From assembly GCA_963832375.1 (NCBI GenBank), contig CAWHUA010000003.1, forward strand, positions 206,827 through 270,826: DNA of 64,000 bases, in the 5' to 3' direction. Below are positions 19,396 to 30,210 of the stretch, one piece after another (position 1 is the first letter of the stretch; every line of letters begins with the position of its first letter). Made by a program: the position numbers and the translations under genes. Under the pieces are notes generated by a model. That model searched no databases. It saw nothing but the letters and a program-made list of their open reading frames with translations, and was not told where the DNA came from. Source of the stretch: Vicinamibacterales bacterium. GTDB lineage: Bacteria; Acidobacteriota; Vicinamibacteria; Vicinamibacterales; JAMQPK01.

Positions 19396-19567
19396 AAAGC
19401 TATTTCCCTTAGGTATTGACCGTCCCAGAGGACAGCCCGCCACAGTTTCGACACGGATCGCACGGATTTCCGCGGTATTCCTCGAAGATCTGAATGTCGT
19501 GCCGTTGGCGCGACTTTGGCAGAACTCTGATCGGATGTGTCCAGCCACCTTCTTTCAGGAGCTCGCC

Positions 19568-22500
19568 ATGCGGCAGATATCCCGCCGACTCTCCCTCAGT
19601 GCCCTATCCGTGCTTGTACTCCTCGTGTCTGCCGCCTCACCCGCCGAGGCGCAGTATTTCGGTCGCAACAAAGTGCAGTACAAGGACTTCAAGTTTGAAG
19701 TGCTCAAGACCGAGCACTTCGACGTGTACTTCTACGACGAGGAGCGCGAGAACGCGGCTCGCGTCGGCCAGATGGCCGAGCGGTGGTACGCGCGCCTGTC
19801 CAGAGTGTTCGAGCACGAGATTCGGTCGCGTCAACCGCTCGTGCTGTATGCGTCGCATCCTGATTTCGAACAGACCAACACGGTCGGCGGCATGCTCGGC
19901 GAGGGTACGGGAGGCGTCACCGAAGGCCTCAAGCGGCGCGTCGTGCTGCCGCTCGGCGGCACGCTCGCGGAAACGGACCACGTGCTCGGCCACGAGCTGG
20001 TCCACGCCTTCCAGTACGACATCTCGGCCCAGCGGCCCGCTGGTGGCGGCATGGGCGCGGGCATCGAGCGTCTCCCGCTGTGGTTTGTCGAAGGGCTCGC
20101 CGAGTATCTGTCGATCGGCCCGGTCGATCCGCACACGGCCATGTGGCTGCGCGATGCGACGCGCAAGGAGACGCTGCCGCAGATACGAAGTCTGGACAAT
20201 GGAGAATTTTTCCCCTATCGGTGGGGACAGGCGGTATGGGCCTACATCGGGGGCAAGTACGGCGATGACCTCATCGGCCAGATCTTCCGGGGAGCCGTGC
20301 GGAGCGGCGACGCCATTCTGGCGATCCAGGATTCGACGCTCGTCGACGAAAAGGTGCTGTCGGCCGACTGGCAGGCGGCAATTCGCGAGCAGTACTCGCC
20401 GGTGATGCAGGCGACGGCGCGCGCGCATACGTTCGGACGCTGGCTCACCAATACCGACAAGGCGCGCATGGCCACGAACGTGTCGCCGTCGATCAGCCCC
20501 GATGGCCGCCATATCGTGTTCTTCTCGTCCCGCGATCTGTTTTCGATCGATCTATATGTCGGCGATGTCGAGACCGGGCGCATCGTGCGGAAGCTCGTCG
20601 ACACGGCGCTCGACTCCCACTTCACGAGCCTGCAGTTCATCGGCTCCGCCGGTTCGTGGAGCCCCAACGGCAAGCAATTCGTGGTTGGCGGCGTGCATGC
20701 CGGTAAGGCCGTGCTCGCCATCCTGAATATCGCAGACGGCGAAGTCGCGCGCGAAATCGAAGTGCCGGAAGCTGGCGAGATTCTCAACCCCACCTGGTCG
20801 CCCGATAACAAGAGCATAGCGTTCTCGGCGACCGTGGGCGGCGACTCGGATCTCTTCATACTCGACCTGGCCTCGGGAACGAGCCGGCGCGTTACGAGCG
20901 ATCTTTATGCCGACCTGCAGCCCTCGTGGTCGCCCGACGGCGATCGCATCGTCTTCGTCACGGACCGGTTCACCACCGACGCAAAGCTGCTGAAGGCGGG
21001 CGACTACCGGCTCGCGCTCTACGACGTGGCGACCGGCGACATCACGGCGCTGTCGACGTTCGAGCAGGGCAAGAGCATCAACCCGCAATGGAGCTCCGAC
21101 ACCCGGCGCGTGTTCTTTGTGTCCGATCGGAACGGCATCAGCAACGTGTATACGGTCAACACGTCCTCGGGTGCCATCGCGCAGATCACCAATCTCGACA
21201 GCGGCGTCAGCGGCATCACGGCGCTGAGCCCGGCGATTTCGTCGGCGATGGACGCGAAGACGCTGGCGTTGAGCGCCTACGAGGAAGGCAACCACCACAT
21301 CTACCTCATCGAGGCCGACGGGCTTACCGGCACTCCGGTGAGCTCGACCGTCGCGCGCGAGCAGGCGGCGACGCTGCCGCCAACGCCGCGCGAGTCGATG
21401 GTCGCGACGCTGTTGAGCGATGCCACGACCGGCCTCGCCACCACTCCGGCCGAAGTCCAGCCTTACAAATCGACGCTGAAGCTCGACACCGTCAGCCAGC
21501 CCTACATCTCGGCCGGCATCGATCGGTTCGGCGGCTCGATCGGCGGGGGCATCGCGTTCCAGTTCAGCGACATGCTCGGCAATCACAACCTGTACGCGCA
21601 GGTGAACGCCGACACCTACGGCGCCGGCGCCTCGGAACTGCTCAAGAACACCGGCGCCGCCTTGTTCTACACGAACACGGCGAAGCGCTGGAACTGGGGC
21701 GTCGGCGTCGAGCAGTCGCCGTACCTCGCCGGGGGGTACTCAACCGCGCAGGGCGTGGTGAACGGCCAGTCTGCGATCGTCGAGCAGACCATCATTCAGC
21801 GGCAGATCAACCAGGGTGTCACCGGGGTCGTGTCGTATCCGTTCAGTCAGAACACGCGGCTCGAGCTGGGTGGCAGCTACATGCGGACGTCGTACGAACA
21901 AAGTGTCCAGACCACGGCGTATTCACTCCGCACCGGCGGCGTGATATCCGACAACAAGGAGAGCACTGATCTCATCGATCCCTTGAACATGCCGTCGGTG
22001 AGCACGGCCCTGGTGACCGACCGCTCGATCTTCGGCGCCACGAGTCCCGTGGCTGGCGCCCGCTCGCGTCTGGAGGTCTCGCCGACATTCGGCGACTTGA
22101 ACATGACGTCGGCGCTCCTCGATTACCGTCGCTACTTCATGCCGGCCCGCTTCTACACCATCGCCGTCCGGGGCCTCCACTACGGCCGGTACGGCGCGGG
22201 TGCAGAGGACTCGCGTCTCATCCCGCTCTATATGGGATATCCGGAGTTCGTGCGCGGGTACAACGTCAACACGTTTGAGGCGGGCGAATGCGAATCGGCC
22301 ACGGTGTGCAGCACCTACAATCGTCTCGTCGGCAGCCGGATGCTGGTCGGCAACGTCGAGTTCCGCTTCCCGCTGCTGCGCCCGTTCCGCGGTGTCGACA
22401 GCAACGTCTACGGGCCGGTGCCGGTCGAAGTGGCGTTCTTCCTGGATGGCGGCGTCACCTGGAACAAGGGTCAGAAGCCGTCGTTCTTCAACGGATCGCG

Positions 22501-22639
22501 CGAGCCGGTCACGAGCGGCGGCATCACGCTGCGCACGAACCTGCTGGGCTTCGCGGTCGCGCAGATCGACTTCGCGCGGCCGTTCGACAGACCTGGAAGG
22601 GGTTGGATTTGGGGCTTTTCGCTCACCCCTGGATTCTGA
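19568..22639 (+). CDS. multidomain outer-membrane protein: HExxH metallopeptidase-like N-domain + PD40/TolB-like beta-propeller + Omp85-type C-terminal barrel
   Basis: Start set at MRQISRR (AGGAG 9 nt upstream) with signal peptide ...AASPAEAQ. HELVHAFQYD motif. Repeated SP(D/N)G..I.F...R PD40-like units (ISPDGRHIVFFSSRD, WSPNGKQFVVG, WSPDNKSIAFS, WSPDGDRIVFVTDR). C-terminus is VGNVEFRFPLL...FSLTPGF. Confidence 0.8.
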   Translation: MRQISRRLSLSALSVLVLLVSAASPAEAQYFGRNKVQYKDFKFEVLKTEHFDVYFYDEERENAARVGQMAERWYARLSRVFEHEIRSRQPLVLYASHPDFEQTNTVGGMLGEGTGGVTEGLKRRVVLPLGGTLAETDHVLGHELVHAFQYDISAQRPAGGGMGAGIERLPLWFVEGLAEYLSIGPVDPHTAMWLRDATRKETLPQIRSLDNGEFFPYRWGQAVWAYIGGKYGDDLIGQIFRGAVRSGDAILAIQDSTLVDEKVLSADWQAAIREQYSPVMQATARAHTFGRWLTNTDKARMATNVSPSISPDGRHIVFFSSRDLFSIDLYVGDVETGRIVRKLVDTALDSHFTSLQFIGSAGSWSPNGKQFVVGGVHAGKAVLAILNIADGEVAREIEVPEAGEILNPTWSPDNKSIAFSATVGGDSDLFILDLASGTSRRVTSDLYADLQPSWSPDGDRIVFVTDRFTTDAKLLKAGDYRLALYDVATGDITALSTFEQGKSINPQWSSDTRRVFFVSDRNGISNVYTVNTSSGAIAQITNLDSGVSGITALSPAISSAMDAKTLALSAYEEGNHHIYLIEADGLTGTPVSSTVAREQAATLPPTPRESMVATLLSDATTGLATTPAEVQPYKSTLKLDTVSQPYISAGIDRFGGSIGGGIAFQFSDMLGNHNLYAQVNADTYGAGASELLKNTGAALFYTNTAKRWNWGVGVEQSPYLAGGYSTAQGVVNGQSAIVEQTIIQRQINQGVTGVVSYPFSQNTRLELGGSYMRTSYEQSVQTTAYSLRTGGVISDNKESTDLIDPLNMPSVSTALVTDRSIFGATSPVAGARSRLEVSPTFGDLNMTSALLDYRRYFMPARFYTIAVRGLHYGRYGAGAEDSRLIPLYMGYPEFVRGYNVNTFEAGECESATVCSTYNRLVGSRMLVGNVEFRFPLLRPFRGVDSNVYGPVPVEVAFFLDGGVTWNKGQKPSFFNGSREPVTSGGITLRTNLLGFAVAQIDFARPFDRPGRGWIWGFSLTPGF

Positions 22640-22650
22640 GGGTTCGCCGT

Positions 22651-22710
22651 CATGGCAAATGGCAGATCGCAAATGGCATTTCTGCCATCTGCCCTTTGCC
22701 ATCTGCCATG
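22651..22710. terminator. imperfect 28-nt-arm 'word' hairpin between convergent genes
   Basis: CATGGCAAATGGCAGATCGCAAATGGCA, loop tttc, TGCCATCTGCCCTTTGCCATCTGCCATG. Built from GGCA(A/G)AT words; the mismatches are all A/G transitions. Confidence 0.5.
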
Positions 22711-22727
22711 ACCGGCGCGCTTTTGCG

Positions 22728-23819
22728 CTAGTGTGAGCGCGTAAACTCCGGATGAGGCATCCACCGCAACACGTTACCGGTCAGGCTTGCCACGAAGATG
22801 TCGCCGTTGGGCGAGCCGTTCACCGAGTGCCCCGGTGATTCCATCGAGCCGAGCACCTTGCCGCTTTCGAGATCGAGCTTCATCAGCCGGCCCGCCAGCG
22901 TATCCGCGGTGATGTTCTCCACGTTGTTGCGGTGCGTCAGCACGTACATCTCGTCTTTCGGCGAGATCCAGATGCCCTGCGTCGAGCCCAGGTGGTTCCA
23001 CGTCTTCAGCAGCGTCCCGTTGGCGTCGAAAATCTGGATCCGGTTGTTCTCGCGGTCGCTCACATACGCGCGATCCTTCGAGTCGAACTGAATCGAGTGC
23101 ACCGTGCGGAACTGGCTCGGCCCGCTGCCGGGCGTACCCCACGACGCGACGTACTTGCCGGTCTTGTCGAACTTCGCCACGCGGCTGTTTCCATAGCCAT
23201 CGGCGATGTAGATGTTCCCCTGCGAATCCCAGTCGAGGTCCGTCGGGCTGCCGAACGACTTGTCGTCGTTGCCGCGCACGCCCTTGGTGCCAATCGTCAT
23301 CAGGAGCTTGCCGTCCGTCGTGTACTTCAGAATCGCGCCGGCGCGATCGACGACCCAGACGTAGTTCTCAGCATCCACGCGCACGCCGTGCGGATCGTCG
23401 ATGACGTCCTTGCCCCACGAGCGCAGGTAGTTACCCTCGGCATCGAACACGACGAGCGGATCGATCTCGTCATTGCGATGAAGCACATAGACGTTGCTCT
23501 GCTGGTCGTTGGCCACCATCGACACGCGGCCGAAGTACCACCCCTTGGGCATCGGCTTCCACGCGCCCTCCTTACCTCGCGCGCCCACCGGCGCCTCTAC
23601 CCCGAATCGCAGGTGGACCTTCACGCGCAGCAGTCCGCCCTCGTGAGCGTTCCACGCTTCGCTGACCCATCCCTGGTCGGGAGCCTTCGAGGCCAGTCCG
23701 GACGGATGCGGGGGCTCCGCCCCGGATCCGCGCGATCCGCCACCGCCGCCACGTCGTTGTTGCTGTGCCACGACGGCCACCGACGCGGCAAGGCAGATGA
23801 TGAGTACGAGCTTCTTCAT
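22728..23819 (-). CDS. secreted NHL-repeat beta-propeller protein
   Basis: Start at MKKLVLIICLAASVAVVAQQ (GGAGGAAGAG upstream). Repeated NHL-like units (PHGVRVDAENYVWVVDR, PTDLDWDSQGNIYIADGYGNSRVAKF, VHSIQFDSKDRAYVSDRENNRIQIF). Confidence 0.8.
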   Translation of the reverse strand: MKKLVLIICLAASVAVVAQQQRRGGGGGSRGSGAEPPHPSGLASKAPDQGWVSEAWNAHEGGLLRVKVHLRFGVEAPVGARGKEGAWKPMPKGWYFGRVSMVANDQQSNVYVLHRNDEIDPLVVFDAEGNYLRSWGKDVIDDPHGVRVDAENYVWVVDRAGAILKYTTDGKLLMTIGTKGVRGNDDKSFGSPTDLDWDSQGNIYIADGYGNSRVAKFDKTGKYVASWGTPGSGPSQFRTVHSIQFDSKDRAYVSDRENNRIQIFDANGTLLKTWNHLGSTQGIWISPKDEMYVLTHRNNVENITADTLAGRLMKLDLESGKVLGSMESPGHSVNGSPNGDIFVASLTGNVLRWMPHPEFTRSH

Positions 23820-23916
23820 GGTCTCTTCCTCCAGCAGGCTCACAGAACAGGGATTTGCGGCAGACGATAACACGATCGGCCTAAAGGCCGACACTACAAT
23901 GTTTTAACTTTGGAGT

Positions 23917-24984
23917 TCAAACGAATCGCGAGAGCGTCGCGGTCACCTGACGCTCGCCGCGATGGGCGCGCCGCCACTGGACCATGATGGGCGTCTGGTA
24001 AGTACCCTCGACGACCGCGCCGCGGCCCTGGGCTTTCGTATCGGAGACGAGCAGATCGACGGAGCGCTTCATGCGGAGAAAGCGGGACGCGGGAACAGCC
24101 AGCGCTTTCGACAGCACACGCTCGATGGCCGACTCGGCGAGGCCCAGCGTGTCGACGAGACGGTTCACCGCCCTCACCAGATCGTACTTGGCGTAGTCGA
24201 ACGCCTTCGACGGAACGGCGCGCGGGTCGTCCCACGCATGCTTGGCCTTCTGCGCCGCGAACCGCATCGGGTTCTTCAGGACTTCCGCGAGGTCGTACCG
24301 CATCAACAGCGTTTCGTACTCGTTCACGGTGAGGCTGGCGAACTGCTCGCCAGGGCCGAGGCTGAGGCGAACGCGGCCCTTTTCGACACCGTGCTTCCTG
24401 AGGAGCTCGTCGATCTGATCGTACAGGCCGAGGCGCGAATCTTTCAGGTTCACCGCGTCAACCGGGTGCGTCTTCGACACCGGCACGTGCAGCGTCGTCT
24501 TGGCGATTTCGATTTCGCTGTTGTAGCCGACCAGCGTGGTGATGCGCCGGCGTGGCATTCCGGCGTTCACGCCGTCGAGATCGATGAACGACACAGGGCC
24601 GGGACGCCGCGTGACGTACGACACGCACGCGCGCAATCCGCTGCCGATGAACGCGAGGTGCGAGTCCGCATTCGTCGGTTCGACCGGACGCTGCTCGGCC
24701 GTCAGCTCGGTACGGCGATCGAGATCGTCGTGCTGGTAGCCCGCGCCTGCCGGAAAGACCGTCGTGAACAAATCGATGTACGGCCGGACGGCGTGCGGAC
24801 CGGAACCGAGACGCGTCGCGAAGCTCTGCGGCAAGTAACCGGCGGTCGTGTGCAGGGAACAATACAGGCAGCGGTTATACTGCTCGAACACGTCCCCATA
24901 GGTGGCTGCGGCTTGCGCCCGGACATCGATGACGTCGAGTCGGCCTCGCGGTGTGATGTCGAGACTAAGTTCGAGAGGTGGCAC
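23917..24984 (-). CDS. YjbQ/UPF0047-like protein with long C-terminal extension (possibly a second degenerate copy)
   Basis: LSLDITPRGRLDVIDV...CSLHTTAGYL...YQHDD...NADSHL follows the YjbQ family pattern (..IT...HTTAgl...Y.H...N..sHl). Start uncertain: GTG at 24984 is preferred over 25077. Confidence 0.55.
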   Translation of the reverse strand: MPPLELSLDITPRGRLDVIDVRAQAAATYGDVFEQYNRCLYCSLHTTAGYLPQSFATRLGSGPHAVRPYIDLFTTVFPAGAGYQHDDLDRRTELTAEQRPVEPTNADSHLAFIGSGLRACVSYVTRRPGPVSFIDLDGVNAGMPRRRITTLVGYNSEIEIAKTTLHVPVSKTHPVDAVNLKDSRLGLYDQIDELLRKHGVEKGRVRLSLGPGEQFASLTVNEYETLLMRYDLAEVLKNPMRFAAQKAKHAWDDPRAVPSKAFDYAKYDLVRAVNRLVDTLGLAESAIERVLSKALAVPASRFLRMKRSVDLLVSDTKAQGRGAVVEGTYQTPIMVQWRRAHRGERQVTATLSRFV

Positions 24985-25091
24985 CGAGGTCACTACTCTA
25001 ACACTTGGAGACCCAAGCGCGCAAAGGCTCGTACAAATATTGCACACTTCCAGCGGCGTGAACCGTACCGTGTACACGAATCCTTACACTT

Positions 25092-26012
25092 TTGCTTGGC
25101 GCCGTTCTCGGCGCTGTCATCCGTTCGACAGCCGTCGGCGCAGACGACCAGCCGCCGGACGTACGCTTCAGCGCGCGATCGCTGACGTTTCCGTACGACG
25201 AGGGTGCGATTTTCGCGCTGCCAGGCGAGAAGGTTCCCCTTGCCGTCAGCGCACCGCGCACGCGTCTCCACAGCGTTGACGCGCCGCAGGGAGGGCTCAC
25301 GGCGGTCGGCCCCAACCGCTGGACATGGGAAGCGCCGGCGAGGCCGGGCGTGTATGAAATGAAAGTCAAAGATCCGGCGGGCGCCACCATCGCGGATTTC
25401 TCCGCGTTCGTCATGGTGCCGGCCGCGGCGGTACGCAACGGTGTCCTGAACAACTATCGCATCGGCTTCTATCCCGACAAACCGCTGAAGGGCAACCCGA
25501 TTTACATCCCACCGAAGGGATTTATCGAAGTCACCGACGAGAACGAAGACGAGAAGGTCTCCGAGAACTTCCGCATCAAGCAGTTCGTGGCGAAACAGGA
25601 AAGCGGGTTCCCGAAGTACGTGGTGCTCGACGAGCGGCTGGTGTTCCTGCTGGAGGCGATTGGACGCCATCTCGAGTCGCGGGGCTGGGATGCCGACGAC
25701 ATCGTCGTGATGAGCGGATATCGGACGCCGTTCTACAACAAGCTGCTCGACGACACCGCCTACAGCCTGCACCAGTGGGGGCGCGCGGCCGACATCTTCC
25801 TCGACAAGGATGGGAACGGCCGGATGGACGACCTCAACAAGGACCGCGTCGTCTCGAAACAGGATGCCATCGATCTGGCGCAACTGCTCGAATCGCTGGC
25901 CACGACTGCCGAGCTGAGCGGGTTCATCGGCGGAGTCGGTATCTACGATTCGACCGCGGCCCACGGCCCCTTCGTGCACGTGGACACGAGGCCGTGGAGA
26001 GCCCGGTGGTAA
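25092..26012 (+). CDS. peptidase M15A / DUF882 (YcbK-like) cell-wall peptidase family protein
   Basis: C-terminal SGYRTPFYNKLL...SLHQWGRAADIFLD...FVHVDTRP matches the H-x6-D...H zinc site of M15A. TTG start is weak and the N-terminus is uncertain. Confidence 0.7.
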   Translation: MLGAVLGAVIRSTAVGADDQPPDVRFSARSLTFPYDEGAIFALPGEKVPLAVSAPRTRLHSVDAPQGGLTAVGPNRWTWEAPARPGVYEMKVKDPAGATIADFSAFVMVPAAAVRNGVLNNYRIGFYPDKPLKGNPIYIPPKGFIEVTDENEDEKVSENFRIKQFVAKQESGFPKYVVLDERLVFLLEAIGRHLESRGWDADDIVVMSGYRTPFYNKLLDDTAYSLHQWGRAADIFLDKDGNGRMDDLNKDRVVSKQDAIDLAQLLESLATTAELSGFIGGVGIYDSTAAHGPFVHVDTRPWRARW

Positions 26013-26034
26013 GGAAAAAGGAATTCCTTCTTCC
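26013..26034. terminator. short palindrome between convergent genes
   Basis: GGAAAAAGGAATTCCTTCTTCC (one mismatch) sits directly after the M15A stop and 19 nt from the RRM gene stop. Confidence 0.4.
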
Positions 26035-26052
26035 GTCTTCCCTCTTCCTTGC

Positions 26053-26697
26053 TCATTCCTCTTCCTTCTTCTCCGCGTCCTCGTCCTTCAGGTTCACCTC
26101 TTCCTTCAGGGCCAGTTCGTCCTTCACGTTCAGATCGACATCCAGACCGGTATCTTCCTCGTCCCGGAACCGGGCGTCCTCGTCGACGCTGAACATCCGG
26201 CCGCTGAGCCGCTCCTTGAGTGGACCACGGGCCTTGCCTTCCTGGTTCCGGCTCTTCGCGAAGTTCGATCCACCGCGACCCTTGGGCGGCTTGTTCGGAC
26301 CGAAGTTGCGGTTCCCATGGTCGCCGCGTGGCTGGCGGTACGGACCACCGGCATCGCCCGGAGGCCCGCCTCCCATCGGCGGCCTGGGACCACCACCCAT
26401 CGGCGGCCGCGGTCCCGAGAAGCCTCCCGCGCCCATTGGCGGACGGGCTTCGCGCGGACGGGCCTCGCTGACCGACAAGGGCCGGCCCTTGAACGGCTGG
26501 CCGTGCAGTTGCTGAATCGCGCGCTCGGCAACCCCGCGATCGTCGTAGTCGACGAAGGCGAACCCGCGAGGCCGTCCCGTGTCGCGATCGGTTGGAATGA
26601 CAACCTGCATCGGATCGCCGACCGTGCCGAAGTGCTGCCGGATATCGACGTCCGTTGCGCTGTACGGGAGATTTCCGACGAATAACCGGACTGACAT
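26053..26697 (-). CDS. RRM-type RNA-binding protein with Gly/Pro/Arg-rich and acidic C-terminal tail
   Basis: RNP2 LFVGNL and RNP1 RGFAFVDY; 214 aa from MSVRLFVGNL. Tail has PPMGGGPRPPMGGGP repeats and ends DEDAEKKEEE. Confidence 0.85.
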   Translation of the reverse strand: MSVRLFVGNLPYSATDVDIRQHFGTVGDPMQVVIPTDRDTGRPRGFAFVDYDDRGVAERAIQQLHGQPFKGRPLSVSEARPREARPPMGAGGFSGPRPPMGGGPRPPMGGGPPGDAGGPYRQPRGDHGNRNFGPNKPPKGRGGSNFAKSRNQEGKARGPLKERLSGRMFSVDEDARFRDEEDTGLDVDLNVKDELALKEEVNLKDEDAEKKEEE

Positions 26698-26714
26698 AAC
26701 CTGCTCATCGCCTC

Positions 26715-26933
26715 CTACGACTGCGGTGCCACTACCTTCTTCTTGGCGCGCGTCTTGGCCTTGCGTGCCGGCGCGGGCGTGTTGCTGGACTCCAGCACGA
26801 CGATCCGCGTCGAGAACCGGCGGGTTCCATGCTCGTCGAACTCGATGACCGTGTGGTGTTCGTTGACGTCGACAATCGTGCCTGCGCCGTACTGTGCCTG
26901 CACAACGCGATCCCCTGCCGCATATCTGCGCAT
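26715..26933 (-). CDS. small Tudor/SH3-like protein (DUF3553-like) with basic tail
   Basis: 72 aa with a GGAGGG Shine-Dalgarno 6 nt upstream. GDRVVQAQYGAGTIVDV resembles the GDRV.H..FG.GTV motif of small Tudor-like domains. Lies between the helicase and RRM genes. Confidence 0.55.
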   Translation of the reverse strand: MRRYAAGDRVVQAQYGAGTIVDVNEHHTVIEFDEHGTRRFSTRIVVLESSNTPAPARKAKTRAKKKVVAPQS

Positions 26934-26960
26934 GAATGCCCTCCTGCCCGCTCGCCTCGG

Positions 26961-28235
<1,275 letters not shown>

Positions 28236-28332
28236 GATGGGCTGACTGTTTGAGGGTGAAGCTTTTTTGAAGCCTTGATTGTCTCATAAACCGCGAAAAT
28301 CCGCCAGCAACGGTCTAAAATAGCGCCGGACT

Positions 28333-29019
28333 GTGGCTTATGCCTTAGCCTTCTTCGGCCTGCTCCTGGTAGGCGCCGGGTACCTGCTCGGCTTGCGACA
28401 GGGGCGGATCCGCGAAGAGGCCCTCAAAACGTCGCTCGACGATCGGGAGCTGAAACTGACGCAACTCGAAGGCGAGCTCATCCGGCACACGGCCGTCGAC
28501 CCGGAGACCGGGCTTCATACCCAGCAGTACTTCCAGGAGTTTCTCGAGCGCGAATGGCGCCGCGCGTCGCGAGAACGCCTGCCTGTCGCGGTCCTCATGA
28601 TCGAGCTCGATCACTTTCGCGCGTTTCACGAGCGTCAGGGCCAATCCGAAGCCGATGCCAGCCTGAAGCGGATCGCGGCGGCGATCAAACCCCTCGTACA
28701 CCGCCCGGGCGATGCCATCTCGAGGTACGGCGGGGTTGGCAAGTTCGGTGTCGTACTGGGCGGGACCGACCCGAAAGGCGCGATGGTGCTCGCCGAGCGC
28801 CTGCGCACGACTGTCGAAGCGATGAAAGAACCGAACCCGGCGTCACCTGCCGGCGTGACGACGGCCACGCTGGGCGTCGCGTGCATCACGCCCGATCGCG
28901 ATGGCGCGTGGCAGGAAATCGCGCTCATCGCCTCGGCGGAACGTGCGCTGTCGCAGGCACGCGACGCGGGGCGCAACGCCGTGGTGCTCGACACGGCCGG
29001 CGCGCCCATCCGTTCCTGA
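28333..29019 (+). CDS. membrane-anchored GGDEF-domain protein with degenerate active site
   Basis: N-terminal TM helix, coiled stretch, then a GGDEF fold (DPETGLHTQQYF...LMIELDHFRAF...). The signature reads RPGDAISRYGGVGKFGVVL: the RxxD I-site spacing is kept but GG(D/E)EF is replaced by GGVGKF. Confidence 0.8.
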   Translation: MAYALAFFGLLLVGAGYLLGLRQGRIREEALKTSLDDRELKLTQLEGELIRHTAVDPETGLHTQQYFQEFLEREWRRASRERLPVAVLMIELDHFRAFHERQGQSEADASLKRIAAAIKPLVHRPGDAISRYGGVGKFGVVLGGTDPKGAMVLAERLRTTVEAMKEPNPASPAGVTTATLGVACITPDRDGAWQEIALIASAERALSQARDAGRNAVVLDTAGAPIRS

Positions 29020-29071
29020 CTAAAAGCACGACACTCGCGTGTGTGCGCACGATTTATGCATCTTCCTGTGC

Positions 29072-29251
29072 ATGGAATACTTGAACCTCAACTTTTTGCT
29101 CGGTTTTCTCGTTGCGGTCGCGCTGATGGTGGGGCTGTGGGTGCCTCTGTTCTTTTTTGACTACAAAGCCGAAAAGAAGCGTGGCACTATGCCTATTGGG
29201 TCGGGTGAAACCCGCCCGACACCTCCCCTCGACAAGGTAGACCTCCGCTGA
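29072..29251 (+). CDS. possible small membrane protein
   Basis: MEYLNLNFLLGFLVAVALMVGLWVPLFFFDYKAEKKRG... has one clear TM helix. No convincing Shine-Dalgarno. Confidence 0.3.
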   Translation: MEYLNLNFLLGFLVAVALMVGLWVPLFFFDYKAEKKRGTMPIGSGETRPTPPLDKVDLR

Positions 29252-29322
29252 GGGCCTGTCGGCGCATAGAGCGCAGCGCGCAATTGGTACAATTTGATCG
29301 TCAGGGATCTGACACTGTGTCT

Positions 29323-30210
29323 ATGCGTCAACGCCCTTGTCTTTCGTTCCTGATCGCGCTCCTCGCGGTGGCGTCCGTGGCCGCGCAGGACTCCGGAGTC
29401 ATCGTTTTCAAGAGCAGCGTCGAGCAGGTTGCCGTGGCGGCGATCGTCCGCGACTCGCGCGGCCGGCTCGTGACCAATCTCAAGGCGAGCGATTTCGAGC
29501 TCATCGACGAAGGCCAGAAGCGTACGTTGACCAACGTATGGTCCGAGCCGAGTCCCGCCAGCGTCGCGATCCTCATGGACGCCAGCGGAAGCATGGCGAC
29601 CAAGATGGAACGGGCGCGCGAAACGGCGGATGCGCTGGTCGCCGGCCTCAAGCCCGGCGCCGACGAAGTGGCCATGTTTGCGTTCGACACGTCGCTGAAG
29701 GAGGTTCGGCCGTTCTCGTCGACCTTCAATGCGGGCGACGGCGCATGGAGCGCCATGACAGCCTACGGCGCCACCTCGTTGTGGGATGCCATCGCGGAAA
29801 CCTCGCAGAAGATCTCCGATCGCCAGCGGCGCCGCGTGCTCGTGGTCATCACGGACGGTGTCGACTCGGCCAGCCGGATGAAGCCGGCCGATGTGTCGGG
29901 CATCGCCAGCGAGCTCGACGTGCCGGTTTATATGCTGGTCATCACTCACCTGGTCAATGATGACAGCGGCGAGCCGCAGCCGATTCGCGGCCCCCTGGCG
30001 GATTTGGCAGCGTGGACGGGCGGCGATTCCTTCGCCGTGTACGACAGCCTCAGCGCACAGACCGTCACGCGCCAGGTGCTGACCGAGCTCCATCAGCAGT
30101 ACATCCTCGCGTTCGAGCCGGGCAAGGCGCCGGGCTGGCACGCGCTGGTCGTCAGGGCGCGCAAGCAAGGTCTCTTCGTCCGCGCGCGCAGCGGCTACAT
30201 GGTCAAGTAA
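29323..30210 (+). CDS. secreted VWA-domain protein (acidobacterial VWFA-related type)
   Basis: Signal peptide MRQRPCLSFLIALLAVASVAAQ; N-terminal FKSSVEQVAVAAIVRDSRGRLVTNLKASDFELIDEGQ; MIDAS motif ILMDASGSM. Confidence 0.8.
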   Translation: MRQRPCLSFLIALLAVASVAAQDSGVIVFKSSVEQVAVAAIVRDSRGRLVTNLKASDFELIDEGQKRTLTNVWSEPSPASVAILMDASGSMATKMERARETADALVAGLKPGADEVAMFAFDTSLKEVRPFSSTFNAGDGAWSAMTAYGATSLWDAIAETSQKISDRQRRRVLVVITDGVDSASRMKPADVSGIASELDVPVYMLVITHLVNDDSGEPQPIRGPLADLAAWTGGDSFAVYDSLSAQTVTRQVLTELHQQYILAFEPGKAPGWHALVVRARKQGLFVRARSGYMVK

